A DNA stretch of 64,000 bases from Gemmatimonadaceae bacterium (GTDB taxonomy: Bacteria; Gemmatimonadota; Gemmatimonadetes; Gemmatimonadales; Gemmatimonadaceae), in the NCBI GenBank assembly GCA_036392515.1, contig DASVXU010000144.1:20385-84384 (forward strand), given 5' to 3'. This document shows positions 57,057 to 64,000 of this stretch, piece by piece; positions within the stretch are counted from its first letter, which is position 1; every line of letters starts with the position of its first letter. The notes beneath the pieces are model-generated. The model saw only the letters and a program-made list of their open reading frames with translations, did not search any database and had not been told where the DNA came from. Position numbers and translations under genes: made by a program.

Positions 57057-58166
57057 GTGCAAGCGTCCACGAGCGAAGCGACTCCCCACGTCATCGAGGC
57101 GGTCCGCTGGTCTCCGCGGGGCGACGCGGTGCGGATCATCGATCAGCGCCGCCTCCCGGCGGAGTACGTCGAGCGGGATCTGCGCACGCTCGACGAGGTG
57201 CGCGAGGCGATCGCGACCCTCGCCGTCCGCGGCGCGCCGGCGATCGGCGTCGCGGGCGCGATGGGGCTCGTGGTCTCGGTGAGCGCGCACGCGGAAGAGC
57301 CGCGCGAGCGCTTCGCGGCACGGCTGCGCGAGCACGCGGCGGCGATCCGCGCGACGCGGCCGACCGCGGTGAACCTCCCGTGGGCGATCGACCGCATGCT
57401 CGCGCGCGCCGCGCTCGAGCGCACGAGCGAGCCCGGCGCGCTGATCGCAGCGCTGCGCGACGAGGCGACGGCGATCCTCGAGGAGGATCGCACGATGTGC
57501 CGCCGGATCGGCGAGCACGGCGAGCGGCTCGTCGCCGAGCAGGCGCGCGTGCTCACACACTGCAACGCCGGCGCGCTCGCGACCGCGGGGATCGGCACCG
57601 CGCTCGCTCCGGTCTACGTCGCCGCCGAGCGGGGACGGAGCGTCGCCGTGTACGCCGACGAGACGCGCCCGCTCCTGCAGGGAAGCCGGCTCACCGCGTG
57701 GGAGCTCGCGCGCGCCGGGATCCCCGTCACCGTGCTGACGGACGGGATGGCGGCATCTCTGATGCGCGCGGGAAAGGTCGATCTCTGCATCGTCGGCGCG
57801 GACCGCATCGCGGCGAACGGTGACACGGCGAACAAGATCGGCACCTACGCGCTCGCCGTCGTCGCGCGGCACCATGACGTGCCCTTCTACGTCGCCGCGC
57901 CCAGCTCGACGATCGACCCGGCGGTGCCTGACGGTGAGGCGATCGTCATCGAACAGCGCAGCGCGGACGAGGTTCGCCGGGGCTTCGGGGTTCTCACCGC
58001 GCCGGAGGATGCGGCCGTATACAATCCGGCCTTCGACGTCACGCCGGCGGCGCTGATCAGCGGCTTCGTCACCGACCGCGGGATCGTGCGGCCACCATAC
58101 GACTTTCACGACTGGATCCCGCCGCTTCGAGCCGCGCGAGGGCACCGGCACGGCACGCGCGGGTAA
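57057..58166 (+). CDS. mtnA: S-methyl-5-thioribose-1-phosphate isomerase
   Basis: GTG start (VQASTSEATPHVIEAV). It belongs to the eIF-2B alpha/beta/delta family, with motifs RGAPAIGVAGA, THCNAGALAT and GADRIAANGDTANKIGTY. Confidence 0.88.
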   Translation: MQASTSEATPHVIEAVRWSPRGDAVRIIDQRRLPAEYVERDLRTLDEVREAIATLAVRGAPAIGVAGAMGLVVSVSAHAEEPRERFAARLREHAAAIRATRPTAVNLPWAIDRMLARAALERTSEPGALIAALRDEATAILEEDRTMCRRIGEHGERLVAEQARVLTHCNAGALATAGIGTALAPVYVAAERGRSVAVYADETRPLLQGSRLTAWELARAGIPVTVLTDGMAASLMRAGKVDLCIVGADRIAANGDTANKIGTYALAVVARHHDVPFYVAAPSSTIDPAVPDGEAIVIEQRSADEVRRGFGVLTAPEDAAVYNPAFDVTPAALISGFVTDRGIVRPPYDFHDWIPPLRAARGHRHGTRG

Positions 58167-59173
58167 TGAGCAGTGGCGACGCGCGGCGCGCGCCGCGCTC
58201 TCATGGGCGCGCGATCCGGGACACGAACGAGGGTGAGGGAGCGACGGTGGTGAAGCAGGCGGACGTGCTCGAGCTGCATCTCGAGCGGCTGGCGGCGTGC
58301 AGGAAGTGTGGGCATCCCGAGCCCATCGTACCGATTCTCTCGCGGGCGCGGCGGCCGCGGGTGATGCTCGTCGGGCAGGCTCCGGGGAAGGTCGAGATCT
58401 CGAGCCGGAAGCCCTTCGCTGGTCGGGCGGGGAAGACGCTCTTCCGGTGGCTGGAGGAGGCGGGTCTGAGCGAGGAGGAAGCGCGCGATCGCATCTATAT
58501 CTCGGCGATGACGCGCTGTTTCCCCGGCCCGCACCCGAGCGGGCGCGGCGATCGGGTCCCCACACGCGACGAGCTGTCGCTGTGTGGATCATGGCTCGAT
58601 GACGAGCTGAAGCTGATCCGGCCAGAGCTGATAATCCCCGTTGGGAAGCTGGCGATCGGCCGCTTCCTTCCCGAGGCGCCACTGGCCGAGGTGGTCGGGA
58701 AGGCGCATCGGGTGGAGCATGTGGGAGGGGAGAGCATCGCGATTCCGCTTCCGCATCCGTCGGGGGCGAGCAGCTGGATCCACGCCCCGGGCCATCGCGC
58801 GCTGGTGTCGAAGGCGTTACGGCTCATCGGCGGTCGGATGCGCGCGCTCGCGGCGGCGGTCATCCTCCTGCTGCTGGCCCCGGCCGCGGCACAGGCCCAG
58901 ACGCGCTCCGACGCCTGGATCGGGGCCGACAAGGTGAAACACTTTTTCATGTCGGCGCTCGTTCAGAGCATGGCCTATTCGGTGGCCCAGGTCACCACGC
59001 GCGCCCCTCGGTCGTCATTACTGTTGAGTGCGTCCGTCGCCAGTGCCGCCGTGGGTATTGGGAAGGAGATGCACGATCGCGGGTCGTACGGACTGTTCAG
59101 CGTCCGCGATCTCGCGTGGGACGCCGCGGGTGCGGGGGCAGCGAGCCTGATGCTCTCCCACACTCGACATTGA
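58166..59173 (+). CDS. Uracil-DNA glycosylase superfamily domain, in frame with a signal-peptide/DUF2279-like membrane domain
   Basis: The N-terminal part has CRKCG, GQAPG and HPSGASSW (UDG family 4/5-like). From the ATG at 58838 it reads MRALAAAVILLLLAPAAAQAQ, then GADKVKHFF...FSVRDLAWDAAG. There is no stop codon between the two parts. Confidence 0.7.
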   Translation: MSSGDARRAPRSHGRAIRDTNEGEGATVVKQADVLELHLERLAACRKCGHPEPIVPILSRARRPRVMLVGQAPGKVEISSRKPFAGRAGKTLFRWLEEAGLSEEEARDRIYISAMTRCFPGPHPSGRGDRVPTRDELSLCGSWLDDELKLIRPELIIPVGKLAIGRFLPEAPLAEVVGKAHRVEHVGGESIAIPLPHPSGASSWIHAPGHRALVSKALRLIGGRMRALAAAVILLLLAPAAAQAQTRSDAWIGADKVKHFFMSALVQSMAYSVAQVTTRAPRSSLLLSASVASAAVGIGKEMHDRGSYGLFSVRDLAWDAAGAGAASLMLSHTRH

Positions 59174-59278
59174 TGGACCAGCAGCACGCCGCCGTTTCCC
59201 GGCGGTGCGTCACGTTCTATATTGTTGACGTTGGTCCGTCGTCGGCGTCGTCTCAATCCAGACCGACCGTCGCCCGAC

Positions 59279-59521
59279 ATGACATCCTCGATCGAGACGT
59301 CCGACAGCTCCGCTGCGAAGCGCACCAGCGGCGGAACCAACCGGCGGAACAACCTCGTGCTGCGCGCCCTCATCGACGAGATGCTGGAGCGGGTGCGAGA
59401 ACTGAACCGGAGCAATGGCGTCTGGACCTCCGACGAGCGCGCGCGCGCCGAAGCGGAGCTGGACGCGATCATGGCGCGAGTCCGTCGCGTGGCCGCACAG
59501 CGTCACGCCGCCGCCAGCTGA
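59279..59521 (+). CDS. Small hypothetical protein (helical, charged)
   Basis: ORF 59222..59521, with the likely start at MTSSIETS. The C-terminal part is an amphipathic helix (LRALIDEMLERVRELNRSNG...AEAELDAIMARVRR). Confidence 0.4.
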   Translation: MTSSIETSDSSAAKRTSGGTNRRNNLVLRALIDEMLERVRELNRSNGVWTSDERARAEAELDAIMARVRRVAAQRHAAAS

Positions 59522-59590
59522 GACTCGTCGCCGTCACCACGGCCGAGCGCTGGTAGTCCCGCTTCACCGTTGGGCGGGAATCGAGGGATC

Positions 59591-60046
59591 GTGAAGGCAC
59601 GAACGAAGTTTCTGATCGGTGGCGCGCTCGTGCTCTGCACGGCTGGCTATCTCATGGCCAGCTCGATCAAGCAGACCGGGGTCTACTACGTCACTCCCTC
59701 CGAGCTGGCGACCCACGTCGCCGCCGACAACAGCTTCCACGACACGGGCGTCAAGCTCGGCGCGCGCGTCGTCCCGGGCACGATCGTCCGCGATCCGGGT
59801 GGGAAGCTCTTCCAGTTCCGCGTCACCGACGGCACGACCACGTACCCGGTGATCTATCGCGGCATCGCACCCGACACCTTCACCGACGGCGTCGACGTCG
59901 TCGTTGAAGGACGCCTCGGGCGCGACGGCACCTTCCACGCGACGACGCTCCTCGCGAAGTGTGCGTCGCGCTATGAGAACGCCCCGCCGGGGCCGGGCCA
60001 GCCCGGCGGACACCCGGCCTCCGTTCCGAAGTCCAGCCAGTCGTGA
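59591..60046 (+). CDS. ccmE: Cytochrome c maturation haem chaperone CcmE, cysteine (CxxxY) variant
   Basis: The ORF opens at 59570 (TTG), and the GTG at 59591 gives VKARTKFLIGGALVL. It has an OB-fold body, with AKCASRYEN in place of the canonical AKHDENY haem-binding motif. Confidence 0.88.
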   Translation: MKARTKFLIGGALVLCTAGYLMASSIKQTGVYYVTPSELATHVAADNSFHDTGVKLGARVVPGTIVRDPGGKLFQFRVTDGTTTYPVIYRGIAPDTFTDGVDVVVEGRLGRDGTFHATTLLAKCASRYENAPPGPGQPGGHPASVPKSSQS

Positions 60047-62079
60047 TCCTCATCGGTGAGCTGTCGCTCTGGGTGGCCGTCGTCATGGCTGCCTGGACGA
60101 CGACCGTTTCCTTCGCCGGCGGCAGGCTGCGTCGCCCGGATCTGATCGCGAGCGGAGAGCGCGGGCTGTACGCGAGCTTCGCGCTCGTGCTGCTCGCATC
60201 GGTCGGGCTGTGGACCGCGCTGCTCACGCACGATTTCTCCCTCGAGTACGTCGCGTCGAACACCAGCCGCAACATGCCGCAGGTGTACGTCTTCGCGGCG
60301 TTCTGGGGCGGGCAGGCGGGATCGATGCTCTTCTGGGCGCTGATCCTCTCGTTCTACGGTACGCTGGCGGTGCTCACGAGCCGCGGCCGGTCGCGCGACC
60401 TGATGCCGTGGGTGACGGGGACGATCGGCGCGGTGCTGCTCTTCTTCCTGCTGACGACCTGTCTCGGCGCCAACCCCTACACGCGGCTGCCCTTCGTCCC
60501 GCTCGACGGGCGCGGGCTGAACCCGCAGCTGCAGAACCCGGGGATGGCGATCCACCCCCCGAACCTCTACCTCGGCTACGTCGCGACGACGATCCCCTTC
60601 GCTTTCGCGATCGGGTCGCTCATCACGCGGCGACTCGACAACGAGTGGCTCGGCGCGGTGCGGCGATGGGCGCTGGTGTCGTGGTTCTTCCTCACCGTCG
60701 GCATCACGTTAGGCATGTGGTGGGCCTACGTCGAGCTCGGGTGGGGCGGCTACTGGGCGTGGGATCCGGTCGAGAACGCCTCCTTCCTCCCCTGGCTGAC
60801 GGGGACGGCGTTCCTGCACTCGATCATGATCCAGGAGAAGCGCGGGATGCTCAAGAAGTGGAACGTCATCCTCGTGGTGGCGACCTTCCTTCTCGCGATC
60901 CTCGGCACCTTCATCACGCGCAGCGGGATCATCTCGAGCGTGCACGCGTTCGCGCAGTCGCCGGTCGGGACCTGGTTCGCGGGCTTCCTCATCGTCGCGA
61001 TCGGGATCACCGCCTTCCTCGTGACGACGCGGCTGCGCGATCTCGACGCGCCGGTGACGCTGGAGAGCGTCGTCAGCCGCGAGGCGGCGTTCCTCTACAA
61101 CAACCTCGTGCTCTGCGGGATCGCATTCTCCGTCCTCTGGGGGACGCTCTTCCCGATCATCAGCGAGTGGGTGCGCGGGACGAAGATCACGGTCGGTCCT
61201 CCGTTCTTCAACGCGGTGAACATCCCGCTCGGCCTCCTGCTGCTCGGGCTGACCGGAGTCGGCCCGCTGATCGCCTGGCGACGGGCGAGCTCGACCAACC
61301 TGAAGCGGCAGTTCGCGGCGCCGTCGATCGCCGGCGCGGCGACGGGGGCGCTCCTGCTCGCCGCGGGGATGCGCGACGCGTACGCGCTGGTGTCGTACAC
61401 GCTCGCCGGCTTCGTCATGGCGACGATCGTCCAGGAGTTCTACAAGGGGACGACCGCGCGGCGCGCGATCCACGGCGAGTCGGTTCCGGTCGCGCTCGTG
61501 CGTCTCGTGGCGCGCAATCGCCGCCGCTACGGCGGCTACATCGTGCACCTCGGCGTGGTCGTGCTCTTCGCGGCGTTCGCCGGTCTCGCCTTCAAGCGCG
61601 AGCTCGACGTCACGCTGCGCCCCGGAGAGAGCTACACCGCGAAGGATCCCTTCGGGCACGAGTGGCGCTTCGTGAGCCAGGGGATCTCGCGCTTCGAGGC
61701 GTCGAACCGCGACGTCGTTGCGATCGGGCTCGACGTCTTCCGCGACGGAAAGCGGATCGGCGTGATGACGAGCGAGCAGCGGCAATACCGTGACAGCCGC
61801 GGCAACCCGACCTTCAATCCGTCGACCGAGGTCGGGATCCATGGCACGCTGAAGGAGGACACCTACGTCGTGCTCGCGGGCGTGACGGGCGACGAGACCG
61901 CCGAGCTCCGGATCAACTTCAACCCGCTCGTGTGGTGGGTGTGGTACGGAGGCGCGATCATGGCGATCGGCGGGCTGATCGTGATGTGGCCGGCGGCCGA
62001 GCGGCGGAAGCCGGCGAGCGGCTACCGCGCGAGCCTCGCGCCGAGCGCCGAGCCGGCGCGCGCGGGAGCGGGGGCATGA
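60043..62079 (+). CDS. ccmF: Cytochrome c-type biogenesis protein CcmF
   Basis: 678 aa, polytopic, with the WWD motif WGGYWAWDPVEN. It overlaps the ccmE stop. Confidence 0.93.
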   Translation: MILIGELSLWVAVVMAAWTTTVSFAGGRLRRPDLIASGERGLYASFALVLLASVGLWTALLTHDFSLEYVASNTSRNMPQVYVFAAFWGGQAGSMLFWALILSFYGTLAVLTSRGRSRDLMPWVTGTIGAVLLFFLLTTCLGANPYTRLPFVPLDGRGLNPQLQNPGMAIHPPNLYLGYVATTIPFAFAIGSLITRRLDNEWLGAVRRWALVSWFFLTVGITLGMWWAYVELGWGGYWAWDPVENASFLPWLTGTAFLHSIMIQEKRGMLKKWNVILVVATFLLAILGTFITRSGIISSVHAFAQSPVGTWFAGFLIVAIGITAFLVTTRLRDLDAPVTLESVVSREAAFLYNNLVLCGIAFSVLWGTLFPIISEWVRGTKITVGPPFFNAVNIPLGLLLLGLTGVGPLIAWRRASSTNLKRQFAAPSIAGAATGALLLAAGMRDAYALVSYTLAGFVMATIVQEFYKGTTARRAIHGESVPVALVRLVARNRRRYGGYIVHLGVVVLFAAFAGLAFKRELDVTLRPGESYTAKDPFGHEWRFVSQGISRFEASNRDVVAIGLDVFRDGKRIGVMTSEQRQYRDSRGNPTFNPSTEVGIHGTLKEDTYVVLAGVTGDETAELRINFNPLVWWVWYGGAIMAIGGLIVMWPAAERRKPASGYRASLAPSAEPARAGAGA

Positions 62080-62726
62080 GACGCGAGCTCTCGCGCCGCG
62101 AGGCGCTCCGCTGGGCGGCCGCTGGCGCCGCGCTGCTCGTCACGCGCGGCCTCGCCGCGCAGTCGGCGTCGACCCGCGACAGCACGGGCACGCCTAACGG
62201 TCCGACCGACGGTGCGTCGGGGTCGAATCTGTTCTCGATGAACCAGGGCGCGGCGCGCACGGTGCATCGGCCGCCGAAGCCGGGCGTCACGAAGCGCATC
62301 AGCGACGACGAGCGCAACGAGACCGAGAAGAAGCTCCGCTGCCAGTGCGGGTGCACCCTCGACATCTACACCTGTCGCACGACGGACTTCGCCTGCGAGG
62401 TGTCGCCGGCGATGCATCGCGACGTCATGGCCCTCGTCGAGGGCGGCTACGACGCGCAGGAGATCATCGACGCCTTCACCCAGACCTACGGGGAGAAGGT
62501 GCTGATGGCGCCGACGAAGAAGGGTTTCAACCTCGTGGGTTGGGGGATGCCCTTCGGTGCGCTGCTCGTCGGCGGGGGAATCCTCACGACGCTCCTCCGG
62601 CGGTGGCACCGTCGCGCGATGAATGTTCGCCCGGTCGCGGCCACGCCGACTCCGATGGCCGGTGTCGACGCGACCGATGAGGAACTGCGCCGGATCGAGG
62701 CCGCGGTACGAGGGGACGAAGGGTGA
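62076..62726 (+). CDS. ccmH: CcmH-like thiol-redox protein (variant CxCxC motif, Tat-like signal)
   Basis: The ATG overlaps the ccmF stop. It starts MRRELSRREALRWAAAGAALLV (twin-arginine-like). LRCQCGC replaces the canonical LRCxxC, and there is a C-terminal TM helix. Confidence 0.8.
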   Translation: MRRELSRREALRWAAAGAALLVTRGLAAQSASTRDSTGTPNGPTDGASGSNLFSMNQGAARTVHRPPKPGVTKRISDDERNETEKKLRCQCGCTLDIYTCRTTDFACEVSPAMHRDVMALVEGGYDAQEIIDAFTQTYGEKVLMAPTKKGFNLVGWGMPFGALLVGGGILTTLLRRWHRRAMNVRPVAATPTPMAGVDATDEELRRIEAAVRGDEG

Positions 62727-63223
62727 TCGCGCTCATCCTCGGCACCCTGCTCGCCATCGCCGCGATGGCCTTCGTGCTCGCGCCGCTCTTCAGCGACGCC
62801 GCGGCAGTGCCGATCGCCGCTCGCGGTCGCGACTCACGCGCCGAAGCGCAGTCGCGCGGCGAGGCAGCTGTCGAGGCGCTGCGCGAGATCGAGTTCGACC
62901 GCGCGACGGGAAAGCTCGCCGACGCGGACTACACGGCGCTCAAGGCGCGCTACACGAAGCAGGCGCTCGCCGCGATGCGCGCCGAGTCGAAGGGCGCGCC
63001 GGTCGACGAATCCGACGTCGAGGCAGCGATCCGTCGCGCGCGGGAAGCGCGCGCCAACGCGCCCGCCTGTCCGCAGCACGGGACGAGGCCGGAAGTGGAC
63101 GCGATCTACTGCTCCGAGTGCGGCTGCTTCCTCGGCGGTGCCTGCGCGCACTGCGGCGCGACACCGAGCGCGCCCGGGGCGCGCTTCTGCGAGAGCTGCG
63201 GGCATCGACTGCTCGCCGCCTGA
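62723..63223 (+). CDS. CcmI N-terminal-like membrane protein fused to a double zinc ribbon
   Basis: The TM start is MIALILGTLLAIAAMAFVLAPLF, followed by a helical region. The C-terminal part has CPQHG...CSECGC...CAHCG...CESCG. Confidence 0.6.
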   Translation: MIALILGTLLAIAAMAFVLAPLFSDAAAVPIAARGRDSRAEAQSRGEAAVEALREIEFDRATGKLADADYTALKARYTKQALAAMRAESKGAPVDESDVEAAIRRAREARANAPACPQHGTRPEVDAIYCSECGCFLGGACAHCGATPSAPGARFCESCGHRLLAA

Positions 63224-63272
63224 ACTGCTGGGTTGGGGGATCAGGCGGTGGGAACCGCGTCAATGCCGTTCC

Positions 63273-64000
63273 TTACGCCTGGCCCCTGACCCCTGCAGTC
63301 CGATCGACGCGGAAACTGCTCGACGATTCGCGGAGTCGCTCGGCGAGCCGCGCGAGCTCCTGAGCCGTCTCGGCGAGCGCGTCGAGTGCGGCGTGCTGTT
63401 CCTGGGCGACGCCCGCCGCCGCGCCAGCGCGTGACGCAGCGTCGCTCGCGACGCTCCGCACCTCGGCGATGACCGCGGAGAGCTCGGCCATCGCCTGACT
63501 CTGGGAGCGTGACACGGTCGCCGCCTCGCCCACGACGTCGGCGAGCCGCCGCGAGCCGTCGAGCACTCCGCCGAGCGCGGCGGTGGCCTCGGTGGCGACC
63601 TCGCCCACGCCGAGCACGCGACCCTCGTTCTCGCCCATCACACGGCTCGCCGCGCCGGCGCGATCGCGGAGCGACTTCATCGTCTCGGCGATCTCGCCGG
63701 CCGCGCGCGCGCTCCCCTCGGCGAGCTTCCGCACCTCGTCCGCGACGACGGCGAAGCCCTTCCCGTGCTCTCCCGCGCGCGCGGCCTCGATCGCCGCGTT
63801 CAGCGCGAGGAGGTTCGTGTTGCGGGCGAGCACCGACACCGTCTCCGCGAACTTGCTGATCCGCGTCGCCGCGTCGACGAGTCCCTCGATCGCCGTCGCC
63901 GACTCGCGCACGCGCTGGCCGACGGCGACGAGGTTTTCCGCGGCGGTGCCGATCGCGTCGCGGCTGCGCCCCCCGGTCTCGAGGAGCGCCTGCGCATTGA
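63273..64000 (-). CDS. Methyl-accepting chemotaxis protein, C-terminal signalling domain (5' part outside the window)
   Basis: It has [37 protein letters not shown] (the highly conserved MCP hairpin). The frame stays open upstream of the listed start through to position 64000. Confidence 0.85.
   Translation of the reverse strand, partial: NAQALLETGGRSRDAIGTAAENLVAVGQRVRESATAIEGLVDAATRISKFAETVSVLARNTNLLALNAAIEAARAGEHGKGFAVVADEVRKLAEGSARAAGEIAETMKSLRDRAGAASRVMGENEGRVLGVGEVATEATAALGGVLDGSRRLADVVGEAATVSRSQSQAMAELSAVIAEVRSVASDAASRAGAAAGVAQEQHAALDALAETAQELARLAERLRESSSSFRVDRTAGVRGQA

Overview
This is a 64 kb, very GC-rich (about 70%) bacterial chromosomal segment that is densely coding, about 60 genes. 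I saw no rRNA, tRNA, CRISPR array, integrase or transposase. Protein families and repeat style suggest a Gemmatimonadota-like organism, but that is inference only.

Most long ORFs in the track that are rich in Arg, Ala, Gly and Pro are antisense shadow frames, so I called only frames with family-like sequence.

Gene content from left to right:
- Glycine cleavage and lipoylation: a solute-binding protein (partial), a short lipoate ligase, gcvP and gcvH.
- coaE, tdk and a catalytically degenerate DEAD-box-like protein.
- A four-gene lipoprotein cluster that includes an LpoB-like protein.
- An archaeal-style nurA-herA-(secreted protein)-mre11-rad50-GNAT operon.
- An animal-type PTPS, folE and SDR pterin cluster.
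- fadD and a TPR, ParA and lipoprotein operon.
- ligA, then a response regulator, a REC-GGDEF protein and a GAF protein.
- deoA, and blaI-blaR1-like genes with clear operators.
- A PLP decarboxylase and an ankyrin protein.
- gyrB, a MarR, YceI and dioxygenase module, and DUF721-recF.
- A type IB topoisomerase, mtnA and a UDG fusion.
- A variant ccmEFH(I) cluster and a partial MCP.

The two strongest unexplained signals are sequence-level rather than gene-level:
1. The non-palindromic 8-mer CGTTAGGC/GCCTAACG occurs 19 times, always inside genes. It sits in only two reading frames and forces the rare TTA codon.
2. A superfamily of eight long hairpins (70-170 nt) fills the 3' intergenic gaps. Their arms are built from short tandem words, and some supply stop codons to the flanking genes.

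Coordinates of features outside the ORF track were counted by hand and may be off by a few nucleotides.
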